Shown here piece by piece: positions 21,423 through 31,220 of a stretch of DNA of 64,000 nucleotides. Made by a program: the position numbers and the translations under genes. Origin of the DNA: an uncultured Bacteroidaceae bacterium (GTDB lineage Bacteria > Bacteroidota > Bacteroidia > Bacteroidales > GCA-2748055); contig CAZGKF010000002.1 in the NCBI GenBank assembly GCA_964526475.1, forward strand, positions 66,562 to 130,561, read 5' to 3'. Below the pieces are notes generated by a model that ran no database searches, had not been told where the DNA came from, and was given only the letters and a program-made list of their open reading frames with translations. Position 1 is the first letter of the stretch; every line of letters begins with the position of its first letter.

Positions 21423-21899
21423 ATGAAACCAATACAGATCGGAGACAAAATCCCTGCTTTTTCACTCCCTGACCAGTATGGTGAACTTTTTGATATCAAT
21501 ACTTACCTGGGAAGGAAAAAACTGGTTATCTTTTTTTACCCTCAGGATGGTAGTCTGAATTGCACCAAAGAAGCCTGTTATTTCCGTGATCTTTCTGATG
21601 TCTTTAAGGAAGTGGATGCAATTGTAATAGGAATTAGCGGGCAGTCAGTTGAAAGTCATAAGAAATTTGCCCAAGAAAACAAGCTCAACTATACAATTTT
21701 AAGCGATGAGAAAAATGTAGTAAGGAAACTATTTGGAGTACCATCAAGAGTTTTTGGATTAATTCCCGGACGTGTTACCTATGTTGCAGACAGGTCGGGT
21801 GAAGTAGTATATATTTTCGATTCACAAAAAGAGGTTCAACGTCATGCAGATGAAGCTCTTAAGATTTGTATGGTGCTGAAAAGAACTGAATTTGAATGA
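21423..21899 (+). CDS. bcp: Thiol peroxidase, Bcp/PrxQ-type peroxiredoxin
   Basis: 158 aa. YPQDGSLNCTKEAC fits PxxxS/TxxC with a resolving Cys five residues later. Confidence 0.8.
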   Translation: MKPIQIGDKIPAFSLPDQYGELFDINTYLGRKKLVIFFYPQDGSLNCTKEACYFRDLSDVFKEVDAIVIGISGQSVESHKKFAQENKLNYTILSDEKNVVRKLFGVPSRVFGLIPGRVTYVADRSGEVVYIFDSQKEVQRHADEALKICMVLKRTEFE

Positions 21900-22008
21900 A
21901 ATATTATAAACATTTCCGGATTTTTTCTGTCTAATCTTCCCTGACCATCCTTCGAATTCTTTGGATTAAAGAGTCTTTTTTTGTATTTTGCGGAAAACCT
22001 CTTTTATC

Positions 22009-24198
22009 ATGAAAGAAATTGAAAAACTTGACAGGATTGCCATTACCGTGAGGTCTCACAGGCTCCTTAAAGTTCTTATGAGAGAAAATCCTGAACTTGA
22101 AGTGATAATGCAGAATTCCAAAAATGAAACAGAGGTAATGGTTGGAGTGAAGAGCTGGATTGAAAAAACATTCGAAGACCGGAAATCTCTTTATGAATAT
22201 TACAATTGCGATCAACCTACAAGAGAACTTTTTGATAACCTTGAATGGCAGGATTATGCAATTATCAGGCTGCTCGATTACATTGAGCACGCCGGCATCG
22301 AGCTCCCCGATCTCAATCTCAGGGGAGAAAAAGCAGTCAGTCATCCTCTCAGATTATTATGGCTTGCAGTAAATAAAGGTACAGGAGGAGCAAAACCTGA
22401 CTTTTTTATAGATATGATCGAGTTATTCAGGCAAATCCGGGGTGAAAGTAAACAGAAATCCCCTTCAAAGAAGGAAATTGAGAATTGGATGGACAGGTAT
22501 CCCAGCGGGTTGGATCCAAGGATTGTTCAGTTGAGAGAAGAAAATCGTGACCGCATTCTTACTATCCTCATCGAAAAGCTGGAAAGCGGTGAAATTGCCA
22601 GCGATAAATATGTTTTTCCTGAGGGCAGTTCCTTTGAAGTAAAAATGAATCTGGCTCTTACCTGGTGGAATAACGATAAGTTCCACCTGCACTTTGCAAT
22701 ACGCTCACCGAAATTACTGAACGAAATGCTTAATTATTCCCTCGATCCCGATACTCTCAGAATACTTGATGAAGCACGGGAGACAGGAATACCTTTTTTT
22801 ATAAACCTCTATTATCTTTCTTTGCTTCATGTGCGGGTACCATATTTTGCTGTGGGTGCCGATCTTGCCATACGATATTATGTGCTATACAGCAAACAGC
22901 TGGTAAATGAATTCGGTCATATTGTAGCATGGGAAAAAGAAGATAAAGTGGAACCCGGTAAACCTAACGCTGCCGGTTGGTTACTCCCTTATGGCAATAA
23001 TATCCACAGACGTTACCCTGAAGTTGCAATACTTATTCCCGATACCATGGGTCGTGCTTGCGGGGGATTATGTTCTTCATGTCAGCGAATGTACAATTTT
23101 CAGTCGGGACACCTGAACTTTAACCTCGACAAGCTGAAGCCTGCAGAAAAATGGCCGGAAAAATTAAAAAATCTGCTGAAATATTTTGAAGAGGATGCTC
23201 AATTAAGGGATATACTCATTACAGGAGGAGATGCATTTATGAGCTCTGACAAGGCCATTGAAAATATACTTGATGAGGTTTATGAAATGGCCTTGAGAAA
23301 GAAAAACAGGAATAAAGAATTGCCTGATAATCAAAAACATGCCGAAATTATTCGGGTGCGCTTCGGAACACGTTTACCTGCCTATCTCCCCCAGCGTATC
23401 AACAGAGGCCTTATCACTATTCTTCGTAATTTCAGACAGAAAGCCTCTAAAATAGGTATAAAACAGTTTATTGTTCAGACCCATTTTGAATCAGCGATGG
23501 AAATTACCCCTGAAACAGCCACGGCTATAAGTAGGCTTATATCCGCAGGATGGATAGTAACCAACCAGCTTGTTTTTACAACAGCTGCTTCACGTCGCGG
23601 ACATTCAGGAAAACTCCGCAAGGTACTGAATGATATAGGGGTACTGCCTTATTATACCTTCACAGTAAAGGGTTATATGGAAAATAACTTCTGCTTTACA
23701 CCAAACGCCCGCATTGTACAGGAAGAACTTGAAGAAAAGATCCTGGGCAAAATAGAAAAAGAATATTTCCCCATGATCAGTAAATTTGTGGAAAAACCAG
23801 AACAAATCGTTGATAACATTGATAATTTAAGAACAGAACTCAATATTCCCTTTCTCGCAACCGACAGAAATGTTCTGAATCTTCCCGGAGTCGGTAAGAG
23901 TATGTCTTTCAGGGTAATAGGAATTACACGATATGGAAGGCGGATACTGGAATTTGAACATGATGTAACACGTACCCATAGTCCGATAATTGAAAAAATG
24001 GGTAAAATTATAATCATTGAATCCAAATCGATTCATGAATATCTCCAACAGCTTGAAGGACTAGGGGAAGATAAAAAGGAATATAGAGGATTATATGGAT
24101 ACTCTATGGGACAGACAGAAGAAAGACTGCCTATATATGAGTACCCGGAATATGAATATGAACTTACAAGGGAATATACTAACCTCGAAATTGATTAG
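22009..24198 (+). CDS. KamA-family (lysine-2,3-aminomutase-like) radical SAM protein, long form
   Basis: About 730 aa from the ATG at 22009 (the track start at 21988 is TTG). CxxxCxxC cluster motif CGGLCSSCQRMY. ILITGGDAFMSS matches the KamA (V/I)xxTGGD(P/A) block. Has a roughly 340-aa N-terminal extension. Confidence 0.7.
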   Translation: MKEIEKLDRIAITVRSHRLLKVLMRENPELEVIMQNSKNETEVMVGVKSWIEKTFEDRKSLYEYYNCDQPTRELFDNLEWQDYAIIRLLDYIEHAGIELPDLNLRGEKAVSHPLRLLWLAVNKGTGGAKPDFFIDMIELFRQIRGESKQKSPSKKEIENWMDRYPSGLDPRIVQLREENRDRILTILIEKLESGEIASDKYVFPEGSSFEVKMNLALTWWNNDKFHLHFAIRSPKLLNEMLNYSLDPDTLRILDEARETGIPFFINLYYLSLLHVRVPYFAVGADLAIRYYVLYSKQLVNEFGHIVAWEKEDKVEPGKPNAAGWLLPYGNNIHRRYPEVAILIPDTMGRACGGLCSSCQRMYNFQSGHLNFNLDKLKPAEKWPEKLKNLLKYFEEDAQLRDILITGGDAFMSSDKAIENILDEVYEMALRKKNRNKELPDNQKHAEIIRVRFGTRLPAYLPQRINRGLITILRNFRQKASKIGIKQFIVQTHFESAMEITPETATAISRLISAGWIVTNQLVFTTAASRRGHSGKLRKVLNDIGVLPYYTFTVKGYMENNFCFTPNARIVQEELEEKILGKIEKEYFPMISKFVEKPEQIVDNIDNLRTELNIPFLATDRNVLNLPGVGKSMSFRVIGITRYGRRILEFEHDVTRTHSPIIEKMGKIIIIESKSIHEYLQQLEGLGEDKKEYRGLYGYSMGQTEERLPIYEYPEYEYELTREYTNLEID

Positions 24199-24203
24199 AC
24201 AGA

Positions 24204-24746
24204 ATGGAAAGAGTAATAAAAGTTGAAACATCAAATGATATTCTTCCCGTTTATCAAAATACTCCAATCGGGTTACTCCTGGAATATCATAATTTGAACC
24301 GGAATCTCGATGCATATACAAACGGGCAATTATTGATTGGGATGTGTATGGATAATCGAAAGAGTCTGAGAATCCCCGATAATTTCGCATTTATTATCCG
24401 CGCAGGTGGGGCAAACCTGCGGTATAGTGAATTTAAAGTTTCGTATGCAATCGCAATAGGGAATATAAGGTATATAGCCATTATAGGACACGACAACTGC
24501 GGCATGGTAAATCTTGTCTCACGAAAAAATGAGTTCATCAGTGGATTGGTAGAAAAAGCCGGATGGGATAAAGAATGGGCGGAAGAACACTTCATGCATT
24601 TTGCCCCAATGTTTGAAACAGGAAATGAAATTGATTTTGTTATCAGTGAAGCTAAACGATTACGCTTAAGATATCCGAAAATAGTTGTGGCACCATTATT
24701 TTACAAGGTAAGCAACAATAAACTCTATTTACTGCGGGAAAATTGA
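24204..24746 (+). CDS. Beta-carbonic-anhydrase-fold protein
   Basis: 180 aa. CMDNR fits CxDxR, FIIRAGGAN is present, and IAIIGHDNCGM fits HxxCG, all in beta-CA order and spacing. Starts 5 nt after the KamA-like stop. Confidence 0.55.
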   Translation: MERVIKVETSNDILPVYQNTPIGLLLEYHNLNRNLDAYTNGQLLIGMCMDNRKSLRIPDNFAFIIRAGGANLRYSEFKVSYAIAIGNIRYIAIIGHDNCGMVNLVSRKNEFISGLVEKAGWDKEWAEEHFMHFAPMFETGNEIDFVISEAKRLRLRYPKIVVAPLFYKVSNNKLYLLREN

Positions 24747-24783
24747 TAAAGGAATATTAATGATCTTTTTCATTATTTATTAG

Positions 24784-25112
24784 AACCGCTTGTGCGGTTT
24801 AATGACATGTAACCGTTTAGCAACACAACCCGGAGGGTTGAAATTAGAATAGCCCAGGGCGCTTGTGCCCTGGATTAACTGCATCGATATCCACGCAACC
24901 CAGGATAGGGGTTGACATATCCGTGGATGTGGCAGTTCAACCCTTTCAGACATTGTCGTCAAATTAAGAAGATAAACGGGAAAGGTTCATTGGCATGTTG
25001 ATTATGACGATTTGGAGTCTCTGGTTTAATTTCACAGGTATTTGATTAAGTTTACGGATGTATGAAAATCGCCTTCTTCTTCTGCGATTATAACTGTCCT
25101 TTCCTCCCCTTG
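24784..25112 (-). ncRNA. Candidate structured non-coding RNA immediately 3' of tRNA-Lys (class unknown)
   Basis: GC-enriched non-coding stretch with nested helices. A 9-bp long-range pair joins 24834-24842 and 24936-24944. Hairpins lie at 24854-24873, 24784-24799 and inside 24891-24926. A 7-bp pair joins 24979-24985 and 25098-25104. Strand is inferred only from adjacency to the tRNA. Confidence 0.35.
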
Positions 25113-25185
25113 CCGGTCCGGAGGGAATCGAACCCTCGACCCCATGATTAAGAGTCACGTGCTCTGCCAGCTGAGCTACGGACCG
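25113..25185 (-). tRNA. tRNA-Lys (anticodon CTT)
   Basis: Manual cloverleaf: acceptor CGGTCCG/CGGACCG, D arm GCTC-AGCTGGCA-GAGC, anticodon loop CTCTTAA, T arm GAGGG-TTCGATT-CCCTC. CCA is not encoded. Confidence 0.9.
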
Positions 25186-25442
25186 GATATAAATGCAAAT
25201 TTAGCCTAATTATTTTCAATCTGAAAGGATTTCAACTTTCATTAAGATTTCCTCCCTATTTTCTCAACGCAGATTGCATATCCTGACTTTCGCTATAAAT
25301 GATGCTGCGTACTTTCTTCCAGATAAGGATGATTTTGCAGCAGTAAAGGGGCTTTTGACAGCATATACATGAAGATCAAAATGAATGATTTATAGCTTAT
25401 TTTAAACAATTACATATTGGCTGTTAATTATCAAACGTCTTT

Positions 25443-26024
25443 TTACCTGATAAGGTGTATAAATCCGTTCTTTCCTTTTCCTGTCTGACCGTCAAGCTTC
25501 TCAATAACAAAATAGTAGATACCGGCACTTAATGGTTGTCCGGAGAGGCTCCGCCCATCCCATATCAGATCTGGAGATTCAGTTTTATAAACTAAAATCC
25601 CGGATCTGGTATAAACAGAAAAAGAAAATATATTTAATCCGTTAGTACGAACCATAAAATAATCATTTATCCCATCTCCATTTGGAGAAAAAACATTCGG
25701 CACATCAATAATATCTGCACATGGTCCATTATATACTAATATCAGATCTGTTTCTGTGATGGTAGTTGTATTGTTAATAACACAGGAAACGGAATATAAA
25801 CCCGGAGTATTAAATTTTACAACAGGATTTAACTCATTATCGATAGTAATACCGTTGCTGAATGACCAGGATATTGAGCTTACAGTTGATGCTGTTTGTG
25901 GAGGATACAGACGGAATGTAACTGAAACTGAATCGCAACCAGAAGTCGGATCTGCAAAAATGGATATTTGTCCGGACAGATTTATACTAAGTAAAAAAAG
26001 AATAATGCAGATACAGTATTTCAT
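25443..26024 (-). CDS. T9SS type-B sorting domain (gliding-motility C-terminal domain) protein with a PKD-like domain
   Basis: 193 aa with a signal peptide. VPNVFSPNGDGINDYF is the hallmark of the CHU_C/T9SS type-B C-terminal domain. Confidence 0.75.
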   Translation of the reverse strand: MKYCICIILFLLSINLSGQISIFADPTSGCDSVSVTFRLYPPQTASTVSSISWSFSNGITIDNELNPVVKFNTPGLYSVSCVINNTTTITETDLILVYNGPCADIIDVPNVFSPNGDGINDYFMVRTNGLNIFSFSVYTRSGILVYKTESPDLIWDGRSLSGQPLSAGIYYFVIEKLDGQTGKGKNGFIHLIR

Positions 26025-26174
26025 TCTTTTTATGTTCGTAACAAGTTGGGGAATATCCTTCCCCAGTCTTTCAAGGGAACCCGCAAATCAATCATTATTG
26101 ATTCTTTTAAAAACAATTTCGATTTTATCAGATATAATTGTATTCCGTAAAGATATTCAATATGCATAAAAACA

Positions 26175-27281
26175 TTAAATCTTTCGCGTCAATTTTTTAA
26201 CAATACGGAAGTTATTGAAAAAAACTTTTGCAAACACCCTCATTATCGTATAAGCAGGTATGGCAAGTATCATCCCGGGAATACCAGCCATACTTCCGGC
26301 CATCATAATAACAAGAAATATCTCCAGAGGGTGTGCACTTACTGATGTTGAAAAAATAAATGGTTGAAAAATAACATTATCAATAGCCTGAACTATTATA
26401 AAAACAAGCATCATATACCCTCCAAGCACCAAAAGATCAGTAATTTCAAGATGTATGTTAAATGCAAGTCCCAAAAGAATTCCCAGGGCTGACCCAATTA
26501 ATGGTCCGAGATAAGGAACAATATTTAAGAGGGCTGCTGTTAATCCTATTAGTAAACTTTGCTTGAAAGACAATCCAATTATAGACATCCCTGAAGTTAC
26601 CAGGATCAGAATACCAGTCAGCTGCAATAAAATACCTATCAAATACCTGGAAAGCAGCTGTTTTATGGAATTAAGGGCTGTTTTGAAATTTTCTTCATAC
26701 TCCTCAGGAACGAAAATAAGGATCATTTCGGTAAGAAGGTTTTCTTCTTTCAACAGGAAGAATGTAATGAAGGATATGGCAAATATCGCAACAAAGATAT
26801 CACCAAGGAATGATGCCAAAGATCTGAAGAAATTTGAAAGTACCGATTCTTTGAAAACGGAGCTTAACTTTTGTTCCAGATATGTCTCGAAACTAATTTT
26901 ATTATCGGATATATTAAGATCCTCATAAAAATTTTCAACAGCCTCTATAGGTTCTTTCAACCTGTCAACAAAAGATTCCACATCTATAGTTGACAACTGA
27001 TTTGCTTCACTTGCAACAATTGGAATAAATACCCGGAAAAAACTAATCACTAAAAACCACAACAAGAGCAATGTAAAAAGGGCTCTTAAGGATATTGGTA
27101 TGGTAAATCCCCTGATTTTCAGTTTGCCCATGATTTTCACAAGGGGTCTTCCTATTAGAGTCAATACTGCAGCAACAACAATGTAAGCAACAATAATACT
27201 GAAATACCAAAAGAACAGCACTGTAAGCAGGGATGTTACACCAAGCAGAATGTATTTTGCGATTTGACTCATTCCGGACAA
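26175..27281 (-). CDS. AI-2E family transporter (PerM/UPF0118)
   Basis: 368 aa, polytopic, with the C-terminal block NIVPYLGPLIG typical of the family. Confidence 0.7.
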   Translation of the reverse strand: MSGMSQIAKYILLGVTSLLTVLFFWYFSIIVAYIVVAAVLTLIGRPLVKIMGKLKIRGFTIPISLRALFTLLLLWFLVISFFRVFIPIVASEANQLSTIDVESFVDRLKEPIEAVENFYEDLNISDNKISFETYLEQKLSSVFKESVLSNFFRSLASFLGDIFVAIFAISFITFFLLKEENLLTEMILIFVPEEYEENFKTALNSIKQLLSRYLIGILLQLTGILILVTSGMSIIGLSFKQSLLIGLTAALLNIVPYLGPLIGSALGILLGLAFNIHLEITDLLVLGGYMMLVFIIVQAIDNVIFQPFIFSTSVSAHPLEIFLVIMMAGSMAGIPGMILAIPAYTIMRVFAKVFFNNFRIVKKLTRKI

Positions 27282-27583
27282 TATTTAATGCGAAGATAAA
27301 AAAAATGCAAGATTTGTAATTATTATATTTATTCATTTAACTGTATGCTGTCTCCCTCCTGCTCAAATGCCATATCAAACAAATGATATTTATAAAAATA
27401 CACTATTTTTACTTTTTCATAATAAACAGCTCAACAAATCATATCCTCAGGTGTTTATGAATATAAATACATTTACCTGTATTTTCCAATTCCAATACTC
27501 TAATAGTTTTTCCTGATAATCAAAATGTGTATTTTTGGAAAAATCTAAAGAAAATATATATCCATTTGTAAAACAATACTTTA

Positions 27584-28378
27584 ATGCAACAATATTTAGA
27601 CCTCCTTCAACATGTATTGAAAGAAGGAACAAAGAAAGAAGATCGAACCGGTATTGGCACCCAAAGTGTTTTCGGATATCAGATGCGTTTCAGCCTGGAT
27701 GAGGGTTTCCCTTTAATGACAACAAAAAAACTGCATCTGAAGTCGATTATTTATGAACTTTTGTGGTTTCTGAAGGGCGATACCAATATTAAATATCTTC
27801 ATAATAATAATGTGTCGATCTGGGATGAGTGGGCTGACATTAACGGGGATCTTGGCAGGATTTATGGCCACCAGTGGAGATCATGGAAATCTGAAGATGG
27901 AAAGGAAATCGACCAGATTGGGGAGGTAATTAAGACCATTAAAGAAAATCCTGATTCCCGACGACATCTTGTAAGCGCATGGAATGTCGGAGATCTTAAC
28001 AAGATGGCTCTCTTGCCATGCCACATATTATTCCAGTTTTACGTAGCAAACGGAATGTTATCGTGTCAGTTATATCAACGAAGCGCAGACATTTTCCTCG
28101 GCGTGCCTTTCAACATTGCCTCCTATTCCTTGTTATTATTAATGATGGCTCAGGTAACCGGCTTTAAGGCAGGTGAGTTTATACATACCCTGGGGGATGC
28201 CCATATTTATCTAAATCATATTGAACAGGTAAATCTTCAGCTAACAAGAAAACCCAGACAACTTCCTTCAATACATATTAACCCTGAAATTCATAATATC
28301 TTCGATTTCAAATACGAAGATTTTACGATAACAGGATATGATCCTCATCCTCATATTAAAGGGAAAATTGCAGTGTAA
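27584..28378 (+). CDS. thyA: Thymidylate synthase
   Basis: 264 aa with [12 protein letters not shown]...DRTGIGT, the active-site LLPCH and DAHIYLNH. Confidence 0.95.
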   Translation: MQQYLDLLQHVLKEGTKKEDRTGIGTQSVFGYQMRFSLDEGFPLMTTKKLHLKSIIYELLWFLKGDTNIKYLHNNNVSIWDEWADINGDLGRIYGHQWRSWKSEDGKEIDQIGEVIKTIKENPDSRRHLVSAWNVGDLNKMALLPCHILFQFYVANGMLSCQLYQRSADIFLGVPFNIASYSLLLLMMAQVTGFKAGEFIHTLGDAHIYLNHIEQVNLQLTRKPRQLPSIHINPEIHNIFDFKYEDFTITGYDPHPHIKGKIAV

Positions 28379-28396
28379 CAATAAAATGTAAAGAAA

Positions 28397-28894
28397 ATGG
28401 CAAAACACAATATCTCCATAATTGCAGCTGTTGACAATAACAATGGTATAGGGAAGGATAATAAGCTTCTTTGTCATTTACCTGAGGATCTTAAACGTTT
28501 TAAAAGGATTACAAGCGGTCACACGGTTATCATGGGAAGAAATACCTGCCTTTCATTACCCGGAGGAGCGCTTCCAGATCGCATTAATATTGTAATAACA
28601 GATATTGCCAATGAGCAGTTTCCTGACTGCCTTATGGCCAGTTCTATTGAAAATGCACTGACAATATCTGATGAGTATGACGAATGTTTTGTTATCGGTG
28701 GAGGCATGATCTACAGGCAATTTTTACCTCATGCATCCAAACTTTATATCACACATATTCACAGCAACTTCGACGCTGACACATTTTTTCCTGAAATTAA
28801 TTATGACGAATGGGAAGAAATTTCACGTGAAAATTTTCAAAATCAGGGAGAAGCAAAAATTTCATTTTCATTTGTAATTTATAAAAGAAAATAA
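28397..28894 (+). CDS. folA: Dihydrofolate reductase
   Basis: 165 aa with IAAVDNNNGIGKDNKLLCHLPEDLKRFK and VIMGRNT. Lies 18 nt after thyA. Confidence 0.9.
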   Translation: MAKHNISIIAAVDNNNGIGKDNKLLCHLPEDLKRFKRITSGHTVIMGRNTCLSLPGGALPDRINIVITDIANEQFPDCLMASSIENALTISDEYDECFVIGGGMIYRQFLPHASKLYITHIHSNFDADTFFPEINYDEWEEISRENFQNQGEAKISFSFVIYKRK

Positions 28895-29028
28895 GCAACT
28901 ATTCATTTTCTTTCTACAGTCTGCCGTACGATATTTTTTGCATCTGAACTTAATTTTTCATCTGCTTAACTGTTTGCTACTTAAAAAAATTTAGTACTTT
29001 GGTGCTCGTAAAACCAAAATATATTAAT

Positions 29029-29568
29029 ATGAAAAAATTATTTCTCTTTTTCTTTATTGCTTCCTTTGCTCTATGTTTTCTTAATGGACAGAAAAGCGTA
29101 AAACTGGAGGCAGGTATGAAAGCACCTGAATGGAAATTTCAGGATGCAGACCGAAAAGAATTTACAATGGATTCATGGAAAGGGAAAGTACTCCAGATCA
29201 ATTATGTTGATCCTGATGAATCTGATCTTAATGATCCATTCAATGATGCTGTGAAGAAAGCCAAGGATATTGATAAACGAATCGACGGAGATGTATTTAA
29301 AGGATTCGGAATAGTTGACTGTAAATCTACGTGGAAACCCAATATATTGATCAGGACGATTGCAGGTAATAAAGCCAAAAAATACGACACTACCATATTA
29401 TTCGATTATGATGCTACTTTACAAAATTCATGGGGACTTCCAGGTGACAGTTATAGTGTGATGATTCTGGATAAAAACCGTGTGTGTCGTGCTGTTTATC
29501 GCGGTAAAATACCCGATTCAGAAATTGAAGGGATAATTAATCTAATTATAGAGCTTGGAAAAGAATAA
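29029..29568 (+). CDS. YtfJ-like periplasmic thioredoxin-fold protein
   Basis: The ATG at 29029 gives a signal peptide MKKLFLFFFIASFALCF. Its length and blocks (WKGKVLQINYVDPDES..., SYSVMILDKNRV) recall the YtfJ family. Recognised from memory only. Confidence 0.4.
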   Translation: MKKLFLFFFIASFALCFLNGQKSVKLEAGMKAPEWKFQDADRKEFTMDSWKGKVLQINYVDPDESDLNDPFNDAVKKAKDIDKRIDGDVFKGFGIVDCKSTWKPNILIRTIAGNKAKKYDTTILFDYDATLQNSWGLPGDSYSVMILDKNRVCRAVYRGKIPDSEIEGIINLIIELGKE

Positions 29569-29601
29569 AAAGAGAAATTACCTTCTTTAACAATCAAAAA
29601 A

Positions 29602-29632
29602 AGCAGGGATACTTTAAAATTGTATCCCTGCT
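29602..29632. terminator. Bidirectional intrinsic terminator hairpin between convergent genes
   Basis: agcagggatac-tttaaaatt-gtatccctgct forms an 11-bp stem. It is flanked by an A-run upstream and a T-rich stretch downstream. Confidence 0.55.
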
Positions 29633-29817
29633 TCATTATTTCATTTTGTTTGAAAATGTACACTTTATTAGTTACGTAATCGCTCATTTTACTGATATTC
29701 CAATTCCATAAACGCATTATATTAATCCCATAATCTGTTCATTACAATACTCCGGACAATCAGATTTCAATTGTTTTCAAGTTTAAATATACTGGCGCGC
29801 TATGAACGACACATATA

Positions 29818-30750
29818 TCATTTCAATTTATCCATCATCTGATTATCTACATCTAACTTCAAAGGATTAATTTTATCACCCCAATAAATAGTTGTGTGAG
29901 GAAACGGGATTTCAATATTATTCTTGTCGAAAGCATATTTCAGGCGTTTCCTGTATTCACGACCTACTGACCATTGCTGAATTGGTTTTGTTTTTATCCG
30001 TGCCCTTATAACAATAGCGCTATCCCCGAATTTATCAAGGCCGAATATTTCAATAGGTTCAATAATTCTACCACTAAATTCCGGATCATTCTGCAATTCA
30101 TCGCCAACCTGTTTCATTATATCCATCACCTCCTGTGGGTTCTCTTTATAGGCAACGCCAAAATCAAAAACCATAGCAGACCAGTCTTTTGTCATATTGG
30201 AAATAGTGTTGATCTTTCCATTCTGAAAAACATGAACAACACCCGATAAATCACGAAGAGTGATAGTCCTGAATTCTATCTTTTCAACCAATCCGCCAGT
30301 TCCATTTATAATTGCCACATCGCCTGCACGTACCTGATTTTCAAGTATCATGAAAAACCCTGAGATAAAATCCCGCACCAATTCCTGTGCCCCAAAACCA
30401 ACAGCAAGACCTATGATGCCGGCGCTTGCCAAAACCGGTGCGATATTTACACCAAATTTCTGCAGGACAATCATTAGGAGTATTACCAAAAGTACTACTC
30501 TGATTACACCATGAATTAAAGAAACAAGGGTATATATCCTTTTCTCTGTCTCAACAGTATCAGTGCTTTCATCTTTCTCAGCGCGTTTTAAAAGTGTTTC
30601 TTTTACCTTTCTGAAGAAAATTCTGACTATTTTCAAAACCAAAAAAAACAGAACTAATACAATTACCAATCCCGGAAGTTCTGTAATCGCCCAATCCTGG
30701 GCTTTTTTAATAAGCTCTGTCCAAAAAGTGGTTTCTAAAATTTGTTCCAT
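29818..30750 (-). CDS. Small-conductance mechanosensitive channel (MscS family)
   Basis: 310 aa. TM helices are followed by the conserved GDVAIINGTGGLVEKIEFRTITLRD beta-domain block. Confidence 0.8.
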   Translation of the reverse strand: MEQILETTFWTELIKKAQDWAITELPGLVIVLVLFFLVLKIVRIFFRKVKETLLKRAEKDESTDTVETEKRIYTLVSLIHGVIRVVLLVILLMIVLQKFGVNIAPVLASAGIIGLAVGFGAQELVRDFISGFFMILENQVRAGDVAIINGTGGLVEKIEFRTITLRDLSGVVHVFQNGKINTISNMTKDWSAMVFDFGVAYKENPQEVMDIMKQVGDELQNDPEFSGRIIEPIEIFGLDKFGDSAIVIRARIKTKPIQQWSVGREYRKRLKYAFDKNNIEIPFPHTTIYWGDKINPLKLDVDNQMMDKLK

Positions 30751-31097
30751 AACTATCTATTATTTTTGAAATTATTATACATAGCTTATTTTAATAAAAG
30801 CTTATTGATAAACTTAAAAATACGAATACTTTTTCTTAAAACTAACAATAAGTGGCTGGAATTGCATTTTATTTATAAAACCTTTTTCTTATAACAAATA
30901 AAATGAATCACTACTGACCGATTTGTTATGTAGGATTCTTTGCTTCACTTTGTTAAGCTCAGAATCTCATTATGATTTTAATAAATTACCCGCTTACTAC
31001 TGAAAAAGAATATAGATATAAAAGTGCTACTATGAAAAAAAAGAAAGGCAATTATTTTGTTCTTAAAAAATTGCCTTTCTTTTTTATAATATTTCGG

Positions 31098-31172
31098 GGT
31101 GGAAGACCGGGCTCGAACCGGCGACCTTCGGAACCACAATCCGACGCTCTAACCTGCTGAGCTACATCCACC
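31098..31172 (-). tRNA. tRNA-His (anticodon GTG) with encoded G-1
   Basis: Manual cloverleaf: G-1 plus acceptor GTGGATG/CTTCCAC, anticodon stem TCGGA/TCCGA with loop TTGTGGT, T arm GCCGG-TTCGAGC-CCGGT, discriminator C. Confidence 0.9.
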
Positions 31173-31220
31173 ATTTGAGGACTGCAAATTTAATTTTTTT
31201 TATTGAAGAAAAAAACCATT

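Noticed and set aside
21931-22344. 137-aa minus-strand ORF
   Set aside because: It overlaps the start and N-terminal region of the KamA-like gene and shows no motifs.
24826-24848. cccggagggttgaaatt resembles the tRNA-Lys T-arm region (tccggagggaatcgaa), raising the possibility of an att-site duplicate
   Set aside because: Only about 8 contiguous nt match. That is too short and degenerate to call an integration scar, and no integrase is nearby.
24784-25112. Identification of the structured region as RNase P RNA, tmRNA, SRP RNA or 6S RNA
   Set aside because: The only RNase P resemblance is GAGGAAAG. The P4 partner ACAGAAxCCGGCUUA is absent, as are the GGUAA and A-rich CR-II/III blocks. There is no tRNA-like 3' end or tag ORF for tmRNA, no GGAAGCAGCC SRP motif, and the region is not a single long 6S-like hairpin.
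24780-25158. Two short minus-strand ORFs (60 and 64 aa)
   Set aside because: One overlaps the tRNA-Lys gene. Both lie in the hairpin-rich region and have Arg/Pro-rich, non-protein-like sequences. The region is better explained as RNA structure.
30972-31160. 62-aa plus-strand ORF
   Set aside because: It overlaps tRNA-His on the opposite strand, and the remainder is AT-rich intergenic sequence.
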